Source: Perkinsela sp. CCAP 1560/9 (lineage: Eukaryota; Protista; Euglenozoa: Kinetoplastea). From it: a DNA stretch of 64,000 bases. Of the stretch, positions 31,903 through 42,303 are shown in pieces (position 1 is the first letter of the stretch; each line of letters opens with the position of its first letter). The stretch is taken from assembly GCA_965644495.1 (NCBI GenBank), contig CBFFSA010000016.1:62001-126000 (forward strand). The letters are read 5' to 3'. The position numbers and the translations under genes are program-made. The notes under the pieces are model-generated. The model did not search any database. It saw nothing but the letters and a program-made list of their open reading frames with translations, and had not been told where the DNA came from.

Positions 31903-33600
31903 CTATGGCACAACGGTTCGATTGCGGTGATTGGACGTGATTGAAAGTCCGACGGCAGGCGATAGTTGAATTTCAAGAGAGTTCCACGAAATACTTGAAA
32001 AGGCATAAACAATTAAAAGGGGATTCTGTGTTTCGTAATGCAATTGTACAGCAGGTACTTTATCAAATGTATAATGCAGAATAAATTCTTCCCATTTAGG
32101 TTTCATCGTGCACAAGCTTGAGTTTTCTTGCTCAATGGAGAACACTTTACAAGTAACCTCGACTTTTCGACAACCTTGACCCAGTAAATCATCAAAGGAT
32201 TGCGAAAATACTTTTCGGTAACTCCACTGATTATTGTGCATTTTCAGAAATCGGGTGCAGCCAGTCATCGCAGGAAGAGTATCAATATCTACGTAGAAAG
32301 TGGAATTTCTCGATTCTTCAGCTACTCCAGAATCGAAATTAGTGTCGATACTTTGTGTTCTACTTGCCTTTTGTGTACCTGCGAAGTCATACAGTTGCGA
32401 CATGGCCACTCCTCCCGGATAATTGTATCGACTCAATATGTGTGCGCATACATTCGCACCAATGCTACCGGAGAACAAACATAGCACCAGCAAGCTTTTT
32501 GCTTGGAAAAATATTCTTCCTGAAATTTTCGAACAAAACGCCTGGCTCAAATAGATAGATAGACTACTCCATAGCATTGGCAATACAGGGAACATGAAAC
32601 GAAGCTCCTTGTGTGGGAGTAGGCTGTAGAGAAAAACGAATGCGACCGCACAGCGTATGTGGAAACGTAATGTGGGGGTTGAAAACAGACTAAAAGGAAG
32701 AAGAAGAATGGCCCCTGACATTAACCGGGGAATAACACTAGTAAAATACCAATACCATGGGGATACACCCCACAGACCCGATTGATTAGCGTAGGTGTTA
32801 AATAAGAAAACGTAGAACTCTGCCCACATAGGAAACGGAGTTTTCCACAGGTAAGTGTCGAGAGGTACACAGAGAAGTAGGCATACAGCGCATGATTTCA
32901 CAGCAGTGTTTGCTATATGAGCAATAGAAAGCGATCCCCGAGCAAAATTATAAACCGAGTAGATTACGGCAAGGATCACTACATCACAACGGAAAACACA
33001 TGCGGTGAGACCATAAATGAAGAGGCCTTTGGATATGTTCCCTCGCAACATTTCTGCATACGCCAGAGAAGAACCAGCAAGTGCGAAAGTGTTCGCCAAC
33101 AAGCGTGAAGCATAAAAGACGAAATGAAACGACGCCATTTGCAGCAGAGTAAAGCACAGGGAGGGATATGGAGCAAGTGTAGGATGAGTGTCATCCAGTG
33201 CACGGCCGACGCGAGAAGTGCAGTATACTACCAGAAGTCCTAAGGCAGCTCGCACGACGTATTGCGCATGTAGCTTCACAGGAAGCTCGAAATTGTGCGA
33301 TGATTTGATAGCTTGAGCATAGAAAGGGTACAGGAGTTCGTATAGCCGCACGCAAGGAGCAGCCATTCCAGAGATAAGGGCAGGTCCCATAAAAGATCGA
33401 GGCACTACGCCTGGGTGGCTGTGGTGATCCCAGAGAGACAGGTCCTTAACGTAGAGGAAGTCATGAGTGGCCTGCATGTAGAACGACTCTTCAACCTTAG
33501 TGTAGGGACAGTACAAAACACTCAGTAGAACGCAAAAAGATAAAGTTGGTTGCAACAAAAATATACATTTATTTCCGGAACGTTTATCACAATTCATCAT
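31903..33600 (-). CDS. ALG12: Dol-P-Man alpha-1,6-mannosyltransferase
   Basis: PYTKVEESFYMQATHD, DHHSHPGVVPRSF, FHFVFYASRLLANTFAL, WGVSPWYWYF, LPHKELRF, NYPGG, AMTGCTRF. Confidence 0.95.
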   Translation of the reverse strand: MMNCDKRSGNKCIFLLQPTLSFCVLLSVLYCPYTKVEESFYMQATHDFLYVKDLSLWDHHSHPGVVPRSFMGPALISGMAAPCVRLYELLYPFYAQAIKSSHNFELPVKLHAQYVVRAALGLLVVYCTSRVGRALDDTHPTLAPYPSLCFTLLQMASFHFVFYASRLLANTFALAGSSLAYAEMLRGNISKGLFIYGLTACVFRCDVVILAVIYSVYNFARGSLSIAHIANTAVKSCAVCLLLCVPLDTYLWKTPFPMWAEFYVFLFNTYANQSGLWGVSPWYWYFTSVIPRLMSGAILLLPFSLFSTPTLRFHIRCAVAFVFLYSLLPHKELRFMFPVLPMLWSSLSIYLSQAFCSKISGRIFFQAKSLLVLCLFSGSIGANVCAHILSRYNYPGGVAMSQLYDFAGTQKASRTQSIDTNFDSGVAEESRNSTFYVDIDTLPAMTGCTRFLKMHNNQWSYRKVFSQSFDDLLGQGCRKVEVTCKVFSIEQENSSLCTMKPKWEEFILHYTFDKVPAVQLHYETQNPLLIVYAFSSISWNSLEIQLSPAVGLSITSNHRNRTVVP

Positions 33601-33949
33601 TACAGCTGTGCGAATCAGTAAAAGTCAAGGAACAGCGCGACGTTGAAGGCATAGTGGGAACTTATCATTCCAAATCGGTAGAATATTTCTAAAAATCTAA
33701 AATGTTCTATCAATAAAATAGAAGTGGACATTCATGCCACTTCGGAGTACGTTGAATTTAGTTTTCAAAACGGTTTGAGTGCTCGTAAAAAACATGCTAT
33801 GCTGTCAGTGCTCCATAAAATTTTTATTGATGTAATAGTGGTAATATTACCAGTTAATTATTGCTAATAAAACAAGAGTGAGCCAAAGCTCTTGGATTAG
33901 CACAAATATCAAATTATGTGTTTTAACCCAAAATTGTCTAACCTTGATA

Positions 33950-35896
33950 TCACCCTCCTTTAACTCCCTTCTTACCATTTTTCTCCCGTTTCCTTTTATT
34001 ATTCGCATTAGAAGCTTGTTTCACATGTGAATAGTTTGCAATTGTGTCGCCATTATTTTGTACTCGGTCTGTACTCATAGAGCTAGCGTATTGCATCAGG
34101 GGTAGATCGACACATTCTTCCTTGAATTTGGCTTCCCAAAGAGCAACTGCCTCTTCGTCACATGGGCCGAAGGAAGCACGCTCACGCCTCTGAATCAAGA
34201 GATCTTCCGTCGTTTGTACCTTTTTTAAGTAGTTTGAAAACATTTGAGATAATATTGGATTGCTTGTCTTCTTACAAATACGTTTCAGAGAAACGTGAAG
34301 TACAGCAAATGATTCAGGAAAACCAATGGAGAACGCATGCAGAGCGGTATGTTGAGTAATGCAATATAAGAGTTCATGTAACAAAGCCTGTTGTATAGAG
34401 CGTGACTTCAACTCCTGTTTGTTTAGCCGGATGGTATACTTGAGCCGCTTCGCACACACCTCATCCGTAGCCACCGCCTCAGAATTTTTAGATGAGCGCG
34501 AGAGTTGTGTATTCAATGCGGCCGATTGGAGCATGCGCAAAAAGTATGGCGCTAGAGGTACGTGAACGTTACATCTCGAAGACAAGCTTTGAAGAAGTTC
34601 AAACAGATGAAAATGTATCGGGAAAGTGCGCGAAGAAGTAAACACATCAAGTGTGCCAAGACAAATTTGTACGAGGGGGTATGCAAGCGGCCACAACTCC
34701 TTTTCCCCCGGATAATCGCTTACGGCGGTACCTATAGTGCGCGTCGATATCACCAACTGCCAGCTGTGCAGTCGGTGCAGAGGTGCCGTATCCCCTGCGT
34801 GAAGCAACGCGGCACGGAGATATAAAGCAAGCTGACGGACGTACACAAAAAGCGTCGCATACGCCATGCCTAGATCGATTCCATACGCAACCGAGAGGCC
34901 TTCAATCATGTCCGCAATGGCAGGAGCCGTGTCCTCGGCATACGAAGGTGCCACCGCCACGACAGCCAAAAACATGCCTTTAAATATACTCTCGCGCAGA
35001 GAAGCTCCAAGCCGACGCGCGCACGAATGTAGAAACAATCGAGCTGATTCCCGTGTAAAGCTGCTGGTCAGGTGGGTTGATAGTTTCAATGCCGCTCTTA
35101 GAAGCTTTTTCATTGGCTTCGGAAAAATGCCCACGTACTCCACACCGGTGTCGCCCAGGCAGTGAACCACTGTCGAGGCAATGTCCGTGTCAAACGCATC
35201 GGAGGAAACGATTGCTGCACAATTCGTTATAAAGGAGCGAATGGCAGGGGCAAGAGATGGGTAGTTGGAGTACGATTTAGGAAGCCCACCTGAGTTCGTT
35301 CTCCCTAAAACTTGATTACATGCTTGACAGAAATTCTCGGCAGTAAATTTGAGTGCCTTCACGAGAGAAACAACATCGGCGGCGTCCGTCACGGATTCAG
35401 AGCTGAGCAAAAGTACAATTTGATGAAACGCTTGCGAGGCCCTTCGGAGTGATGTCTGAGTGGGGGTCTTCACCGTGCCGGTGGGGGTTTCGTCAAGGGA
35501 TACGCCCAAGGAGTTGGATATTATCTCCGCAATACGTGCAGGGCTCCACTTTGTGGTCAGTTCGTCGATATGCTCCTCGTCCTTGTGTAACTCGTTCAGA
35601 TCATCATCTGAGAAAGTCTCTTCTGCACCCAATCCATCATCCCCAAACTCGAGAAGTCCCGGATCTTCCATTTTAAGGAAATCGGCGAACTCTTGATCCT
35701 CCTCCTTCAACTCATCAAGCTGCTGCATGTGTTTCTTTTCTTCGTCTTCCTGCTTAGCTTTGGCGCGCTCGACTTTCTTATCTTGTTTCGTTCGCATTTC
35801 CTTGACAACCGGTCGTATGCGACGTCGTTTGGAAATAACATCAGTCAGCTTCCGCTTAGCAAATTTCTTGAGAGATTTACTTTGCTTGCCAGCCAT
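33950..35896 (-). CDS. NOC2: Nucleolar complex protein 2
   Basis: KKFAKRKL, H..QL..LKEED.EF..FL...DPGLLEF, FVYVRQLA..LR, SWQ, LWPLAYPLVQ, FPIHFH, SIGFPE. First ATG at 35896. Confidence 0.92.
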   Translation of the reverse strand: MAGKQSKSLKKFAKRKLTDVISKRRRIRPVVKEMRTKQDKKVERAKAKQEDEEKKHMQQLDELKEEDQEFADFLKMEDPGLLEFGDDGLGAEETFSDDDLNELHKDEEHIDELTTKWSPARIAEIISNSLGVSLDETPTGTVKTPTQTSLRRASQAFHQIVLLLSSESVTDAADVVSLVKALKFTAENFCQACNQVLGRTNSGGLPKSYSNYPSLAPAIRSFITNCAAIVSSDAFDTDIASTVVHCLGDTGVEYVGIFPKPMKKLLRAALKLSTHLTSSFTRESARLFLHSCARRLGASLRESIFKGMFLAVVAVAPSYAEDTAPAIADMIEGLSVAYGIDLGMAYATLFVYVRQLALYLRAALLHAGDTAPLHRLHSWQLVISTRTIGTAVSDYPGEKELWPLAYPLVQICLGTLDVFTSSRTFPIHFHLFELLQSLSSRCNVHVPLAPYFLRMLQSAALNTQLSRSSKNSEAVATDEVCAKRLKYTIRLNKQELKSRSIQQALLHELLYCITQHTALHAFSIGFPESFAVLHVSLKRICKKTSNPILSQMFSNYLKKVQTTEDLLIQRRERASFGPCDEEAVALWEAKFKEECVDLPLMQYASSMSTDRVQNNGDTIANYSHVKQASNANNKRKREKNGKKGVKGG

Positions 35897-36299
35897 GTTT
35901 AGCAAGAGTAGTATACTAGTGTGGATAGAAGCAAAATTTACGTACACGATAAAAAGCTCTACACGGTTGTTTTTCCATAATTTTCAAGCATTGTATCCTT
36001 CCCTAAAATCGCAAATGAACGAGGAACAAAATTTTACATACAGTCGTAGCAAGTTGATGTAAATCTTACCTTTCAAACGCATGCTATCAAGTTCAAAGTT
36101 TCTAGTTTACTTAATTATCGTTACACAAATAGCGTATTTTTCTTGTGTGACTTTTCTTTTAGGGGTACAAGTTTTAATTTCACCTGTAAATAAAAAACGC
36201 AACTACGAGGCCCAGAAACCGATTTCAGAAATAATATAACATTTCGTTCATCAGAAACCTTTGTTAACAGATTTTGCACTGGTAAAAGAACTGCGCGTT

Positions 36300-37517
36300 C
36301 TACGCCAAGTCCAATATCAGGCGATGGGGGTCTTCAATCAGGTTCTTGATCTTTACAAGAAACACGACTGCATCGCGCCCGTCTATTATGCGATGGTCAT
36401 AGGTCAGTGCGATAATCATAATAGGGCGCACCACAAGATTGCCTGTGGAATCGACCCACGGCTTTTTTTTCGTCGCATGCATCCCTAAAATTGCACTCTG
36501 CGGGGGATTAATGATGGGAGTTCCCATCCAACTTCCAAACACCCCTCCATTGGAGATGGTGAACGTCCCACCGGACATCTCCGCCATCGTGAGCTGTTTG
36601 TTCTTCGCCTTCTCCCCGTACTCCACAATTTTTTTCTCAATATCCGCAAAAGACATGTCCTGCACGTCACGCAGCACGGGAACCACTAAACCCGTCGGAG
36701 TAGCTACCGCGACGCTGATATCCACATAGTCATGATACGCAATATGCTGATCCTCCCATGCAGCGTTAATGATCGGCACCTCCTGCAGCGCGTGGGCCGA
36801 GGCCTTAGCGAACGCGGACATAAACCCGAGCTTCACCCCGTGCTTCTTTTGGAACGCCTCCTTGTAGGTCTCCCTCATTTGTATAAGCGCACTCATGTCG
36901 ATTTCATTAAATGTGGTGAGCATCGCGGCAGTATTCTGGCTCGCCTTCAGGCGGTCCGCAATACGCTGGCGCATCGGGGAGGTACGCACCCGACGTACTC
37001 GAGTATCCGTGCTCGAACACACTACTTCTGGGGCTCGAGACTTTGTGTCAGCAGCTTTAGGTGCTGGCTCTTTTTCTTTCGCTGTTGCAGGGGTTGTTGG
37101 GGTACTCTTCGTTGCGGGTTCCGAGGGTTTCGACTTCTCTGTTTGAGATAGAGCACCCGGTGAGGATGGTTTTTTGGAATCATTCGCTATTTCCCCTTTC
37201 TTCATGGTGGCTATCACATCCCCGACTTGAACGGTGACGCCTTCCTTGGCTTTCAGAGCGGTTAGCACACCTGTGGTGGGCGCTTTCACGGAGACTGCGA
37301 GCTTGTCAGATTCAATTTCACACACCTCATTGTCCTCGCGTAAGCTGTCCCCGACGCCCCGATTCCATCCCTTGATGATCCCCTCCGTAATGGACTCCGC
37401 AATGAAAGGGACTTTAATGTCTATGCAGTAAGATCGGCGTGGGCCATGCGAGTAAAGTCCTTTAATAGTCCACTGCGTCAGCGAACGACCAAACGGCAAG
37501 GTAAGACAACACTTCAT
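36300..37517 (-). CDS. DLST: 2-oxoglutarate dehydrogenase E2 (dihydrolipoamide succinyltransferase), mitochondrial
   Basis: Lipoyl domain AESITEG...IESDK; RQRIADRLKASQNTAAMLTTFNEIDM; GGTFTISNGGVFGS; YDHRIIDG. Confidence 0.97.
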   Translation of the reverse strand: MKCCLTLPFGRSLTQWTIKGLYSHGPRRSYCIDIKVPFIAESITEGIIKGWNRGVGDSLREDNEVCEIESDKLAVSVKAPTTGVLTALKAKEGVTVQVGDVIATMKKGEIANDSKKPSSPGALSQTEKSKPSEPATKSTPTTPATAKEKEPAPKAADTKSRAPEVVCSSTDTRVRRVRTSPMRQRIADRLKASQNTAAMLTTFNEIDMSALIQMRETYKEAFQKKHGVKLGFMSAFAKASAHALQEVPIINAAWEDQHIAYHDYVDISVAVATPTGLVVPVLRDVQDMSFADIEKKIVEYGEKAKNKQLTMAEMSGGTFTISNGGVFGSWMGTPIINPPQSAILGMHATKKKPWVDSTGNLVVRPIMIIALTYDHRIIDGRDAVVFLVKIKNLIEDPHRLILDLA

Positions 37518-37828
37518 TATTAATCTTTAAATGTAGAAATACACTAAGCTAGGCGCAAGTTTTGAAAAACAGGTTTTACCGTATTTGACCTACCGTCACC
37601 TCCCTGACTTATCTTGCTAGGTGACTTATCCTGTTTATCAAAAAGTAGGGAAGTGAATAGTGTTTAGTTTTTGATTTCAACCAATTTTTCGTCACTGGAT
37701 ACATCACGGTAATTCTAATAATGACTCCAAACCGGCTGCTTTAACCTTCCATTTTTTTTGCTGTTGGTCTTGAGCAAATATTAATCACTGTTGAATAAGA
37801 GTTTCCAAAACTGGACATGCCTCACAAA

Positions 37829-37866
37829 TTTTTGTGCACCCCCCAATAATTTCGTGTACCCCCCTG
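37829..37866 (-). mobile_element. Possible solo Tc1/mariner-type terminus
   Basis: Reverse complement TA|CAGGGGGGTACACGAAATTATTGGGGGGTGCACAAA; no partner end found. Confidence 0.35.
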
Positions 37867-38212
37867 TATGTACAATATTTAATATTTGTTTTTTATATAA
37901 ACACCTGATATTCAAACACGCAAACCTACATTCACATTACGCCACCGGAATACTATCGCATTGGTCCACTGTATCAATAAGTGTATTGGTGAAATCGTAG
38001 AGTCTTGAACTGTTCAACGGATTACTCGCCATAACGTATGAACCTCTGAGCCTCAAATTTTCTGCAAGGTTAAATACCAGTAATGAATCTGGCAGCGAAT
38101 AAAAAGAAACCGTCCGGAAAATTCATTGTTCTTCAAAGAAATGGATCTTGGCAACGGTAAACTCTTAAAGCACGGAATCCCACTAAATTTGTTGTGCTAC
38201 AAGGAATTAGTG

Positions 38213-38273
38213 TTGGTGTCACTCATGCTGTGCACTTCGCGTTGAAAACTACCACCGCGTTTAACGAAGAGCC
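38213..38273 (-). mobile_element. End of the GGCTCTTCGTTAAA MITE family
   Basis: Reverse complement GGCTCTTCGTTAAACGCGGTGGTAGTTTTCAACGCGAAGTGCACAGCA matches 6965-7012. Confidence 0.75.
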
Positions 38274-38334
38274 TAAAAAAGAAAAATCTCCAATACATCA
38301 TGAATAATCTACTTTTTTGGGGGAAGAAGCTCGA

Positions 38335-38772
38335 TTTTTCTGCAAAAATTGCGAAATTTCACACCGAATTTGTGCCGTTTTAGATGCCTTACCAATAGGG
38401 GCAGGAGTCGAATCTGTCGAAAAAAACGTCGTAGAATGGTAGCTGAGGTGCAAAACTCTTAAAACACGTTTTAGGACACGATTTTGGAAAAATAATATTT
38501 TTACTTTTTTTTGGGTCAAAATTTATTTTTTTTTGGTCGCCCCAAAATTTTCGGAAATTTTGTCGGACCCCTCCTGCGCGTACCAGGGGGGGTACCCACA
38601 GTGGGGGGTGGAAAATATCGCCGCGGCCTACTCTACCACTTCCCTGCGCTCGATTTTGAAAAGCAAAAAATTCGAAAAAACATTCTTGACGTATGCCCCC
38701 CCCATGGACCCCCCCACTAGACCCCCCTTTTTTTTCAATTTTTCATTTTTGGACCACCGGAGCCCCCTTTTA
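38335..38772 (-). repeat. Dispersed repeat family copy 2 (inverted relative to 5137-5632)
   Basis: Long by-eye alignment with 5137-5632; lacks the ~90-bp segment at ~5434-5526 of copy 1. Confidence 0.8.
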
Positions 38773-39307
38773 TATTTTTTTCTTCTATTATATTGCTGTG
38801 TTTCTCTTTATATTTTCACTGTTTTTGTTCACTTTTTTTGCAATAATCGAGGGTAGAGCGGTAGTTATACAACCACCGCAATATTGTATGCAGTATGCAT
38901 ATTGTATACATATTGTATACAGGGGTACTTGTTGATGCGATAAATATTGCAAGGTGCTTAAAACGTACAGAAATTTATTTTTCCAGCATAAAACATAAAT
39001 ACGGTCCTCCACCTTACGGAGTCTTAACTAATATGGCGAACCGCTTCGCTTCTTCAATATACTGGATTACCATGTACGAAACGTTTTGTTTTCAAAGAAG
39101 AAACTATCTCGTGATAATGGGCAAATATTTTTAGGAACTCGAACTAGTATTTGAGGCTGATGTCCAAGCATCAGAACAACGAATTATTTACTGAGCTCAA
39201 AATTCGTGATGCATTAAGTGCAATGAATGTGATGTGAAGTTGGCATCACAATAGCACTGCGATGCGTTCAGGTGCATAGTCGCATCAAAAATGGAGATTT
39301 GCTATAC

Positions 39308-40480
39308 TCAAGAGCGCAAGAGCAATTTGTTACATGCTTTAACGCTAAAGTCGTACAACCGGGAAAAAACGCCTAACAAAGGAATGAAAATTTTCCACTT
39401 CAAACTAAAGTAGTTCGGGCAACACCTCCGGATGCTTTCTTCAAATAAAGAGAACTGAGAACTTCCGGGATGATATTCATCAAAACCTAGCACCGTGGCG
39501 CTTAAAATACTTAGAATTTCGCTAGTATTTGCCTCGAACTGGGCAAACTGGGTGTCGGATTGTCCGTTAACAGTCACGCTTGGTGCAACGGGGTCACACG
39601 CTGCAATGTTTTTGGGTTCTACTTTTGAGTCTACTTTTTCCTGTTCTGTTTCGGGCGCAGAGATGGTTCCGTCTTTCGTAGAATCCGCCTCTTCACTTCG
39701 TTTTCCTGGATGCAATGCGCTTTCCACACATTCGTACGATGGAACGACTACTCGTACGATGTCACATTCGTTTTTAGCATTCGATGCATTTTCGTTGTTA
39801 GCATTCCAATGATCGCGAAATGAGCGAAATCGGTCGAAATTGCATTGTTGATAAACTTGAATCAAACGGTGTGAATGCGTGTCGGAGAAATCAGCTTTGG
39901 AAAATTCATTTTCCAAAATCATTAACCGTCCTGGCGTAAGGGATCTCGATTCGCAAATGTTCCATATTCTGCCTAGTTGATCAGTAAACGATTGAAAAGT
40001 GTTGGCAAAATCTTTGTCCATAAAACGTGTCTCTCCTTCCCTAAAAGGAACGACGTAAACAAGAGATAATTCTTTGACTTTCAGATGAGAGAGAATATCC
40101 TGCAATCGTGTGTGAAAGCTTTCCTCACTTCCGGATGTGTTGACGCCATGAAGTATACCTGCCGAAGGTTTTTGGTCGACAAGATCTAGTGAATTCCTGC
40201 GAAGATTACGTAACAGCTCCTCGTCATGATGAATGAGAAGTGTATTATGTCCCGCATTCAATAATTCGTGAATGACATGTTCAGAAAAATACGTGGACGC
40301 GCCGAAAAAGCAGATCACGTGTTTTTTCGAATCCTTTTGGTAACCGAACTGCAGAAGAAGTCTAGATACCCAACGTAGAAAAACAGTTGCAGGAATTAAT
40401 ATACTGCACGTTACAGTGCAAAGCCAAAAGAAACCGACGTGGAGAACACACTCGTAAATCAATAGAAATGCTGCGTTCAT
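39308..40480 (-). CDS. Membrane-anchored protein with a degenerate SDR/Rossmann-like N-terminal region
   Basis: N-terminal hydrophobic segment, then VICFFGASTYFSEHVIHELLNAGHNTLLI (resembles VTGAxxGIG..A..LA..G.NVVL); no YxxxK seen. Confidence 0.5.
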   Translation of the reverse strand: MNAAFLLIYECVLHVGFFWLCTVTCSILIPATVFLRWVSRLLLQFGYQKDSKKHVICFFGASTYFSEHVIHELLNAGHNTLLIHHDEELLRNLRRNSLDLVDQKPSAGILHGVNTSGSEESFHTRLQDILSHLKVKELSLVYVVPFREGETRFMDKDFANTFQSFTDQLGRIWNICESRSLTPGRLMILENEFSKADFSDTHSHRLIQVYQQCNFDRFRSFRDHWNANNENASNAKNECDIVRVVVPSYECVESALHPGKRSEEADSTKDGTISAPETEQEKVDSKVEPKNIAACDPVAPSVTVNGQSDTQFAQFEANTSEILSILSATVLGFDEYHPGSSQFSLFEESIRRCCPNYFSLKWKIFIPLLGVFSRLYDFSVKACNKLLLRS

Positions 40481-40780
40481 ACTAACTAGTAAGCAAAGAA
40501 AATGTAAGATTGATTCGTATGTTATTCAAATACGAAAACACATGCTTCTCGTCAAACATGCCACATGTTTCTCGACAAATAACAATATACGTATTATCAA
40601 AAATTGAATAACGTATATGGATGTCCAATGCCGGACAATGAAATACATCGATAAGGCAATACGTATCAAGTGCTTTACACTTGAGTGCTCTCAGCAATCG
40701 CCACACCGGAGCGATCTGGGCTATCAAAATATGTGTATAGAGAATGCATATTGAGTCCTTTGCTCTGCTCGGTGAATAGG

Positions 40781-41287
40781 CTACTGCTTCTTTCGCTTCG
40801 TAGGGGATGCATCTCTCTTGACAACTGTTCTAGCTCTCCCTTTTTGCTGCGAATTTTTCTTCGACGGAAGACCAGCCTTATTTACAGTCCCTTTCGTACC
40901 AAACTTAGATGGTTGTTTCACTTCGCGTACGGTGTCGGCACATACGGCTTCGTATTCTTTTTCGAGATGTTGTGTATGTGTTCCATGGGCCACGACGATG
41001 TAGCGGATCTCAGAGCCAGATATCCACACCCCCTCCTTCGGTAACGGGGATATGTCACGTCCTCTGATGCGTTGAGTGGTTACTTCGCGTAGCGTAACGT
41101 CCATAGTGGAGGTGTTTATGAACACAACGTTCCCCGTGTGCCGTATTCCTTTGGTAGTTTCCACATGTAATAACACAGACTCTCCAGAATGTCGTTTTAC
41201 ATAGGAATTCAAAACGTACAAAGGGACCGATAAGGCGGAGGGACGGCGCGAGACATGGTTCGTATCAATCTGTGAACGTCCTTTCAT
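40781..41287 (-). CDS. Sm-fold protein, SmD3-like
   Basis: SVPLYVL, VETTKGIRHTG, MDVTLREVT, VWISGSEIRYIVV; basic C-terminal tail. Confidence 0.7.
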   Translation of the reverse strand: MKGRSQIDTNHVSRRPSALSVPLYVLNSYVKRHSGESVLLHVETTKGIRHTGNVVFINTSTMDVTLREVTTQRIRGRDISPLPKEGVWISGSEIRYIVVAHGTHTQHLEKEYEAVCADTVREVKQPSKFGTKGTVNKAGLPSKKNSQQKGRARTVVKRDASPTKRKKQ

Positions 41288-41379
41288 GTCATTCTTCCGG
41301 AAATCTATAAAGTTAGAGTCTATAAGTTAGAATATGCAACATTACAAGGAAATAATAATAAAATTATGTATACATAATA

Positions 41380-42132
41380 CAGTAGTATTCAGCCTCTTTT
41401 ACCCCCCCCCCCCTACAGGTCTTGCATTTTGTTCGATTTTGGAAATATTTTGTATGGGACTTTTTTCGACCCAATCGTTCCGAATCCGAGGTCCTTTTCA
41501 CTCGTGGGCACCTGTATCATACCTAAACCGGGAAAAAAACCGCAAAAAAGTCGATTTTTTTTTTCACAGAGTACATTTTTTTAAAAATTGGTACATTTGT
41601 TGGTGATTCATGAAGAAGAAGCACCGCCCCCTGTGCTTACCTTCCTGCCTCTTGTGCCCCGAGAAGCGCACGGCACTCGCGATCGATTGAGAGCGACTTG
41701 TCCTATAAGACACTCGAAAAATTTCATAAACTTAGCCCCGGGTCCATCATTGAAACTTTTCGCTTTTTTTCTGAAGATTAACCGGAAACGTTTAAGAATG
41801 CCTTCCGGGACTATAGTAAACGTTTTCTTTTGGTCAAGGAGGCTAAAGTGCATATGACTAAATACTAAAGATTACTTTGCACTCCTTTTACACGTCTTCT
41901 GACCTACTTTACTACTGTTCCTCATCCGAAGCATTCAAAAAAATGAGCCCAAAAAAGTTGTAATTAGCTTTTTTGACCCCTACCTGGCTAGGGGGGTAGG
42001 GGGTCGCTCGAGTGAAAAGGGCCTCGGATGCGGAACGATTGGGTCGAAAAACGGTGGTTTGTACCAAATATTTCCAAAATCGGACAAAATACAAGACCTG
42101 TAGGGGGGGGTAAAAGACGCTGAACACCACTG
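41380..42132. mobile_element. 753-bp non-autonomous Tc1-like element with ~130-bp TIRs
   Basis: TA|CAGTAGTATTCAGCCTCTTTTACCCC...GGGGTAAAAGACGCTGAACACCACTG|TA; inverted similarity continues through TTTTTCGACCCAATCGTTCCG.ATCCGAGG.CCTTTTCACTCG. Confidence 0.92.
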
Positions 42133-42303
42133 TATGTAGCTGTCTTTTTTATAGGCTATTAGCGATTAAAAGTTCTTTTAGGATAACTGTCAAAAGTGTT
42201 TGCGAGTACAGTACTGTACCCCACCGCATACAGTATAGTGTCAGGGGTTGTATGTTTCTTGCCAAGAAGCAGCAGTGGCAAACTCCTGCCACCTCCCCAC
42301 CTC

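Noticed and set aside
39150-39250. Box C/D-like motifs (TGATG...CTGA) suggesting a snoRNA
   Set aside because: Imperfect box C, weak terminal stem and no rRNA-complementary guide recognisable.
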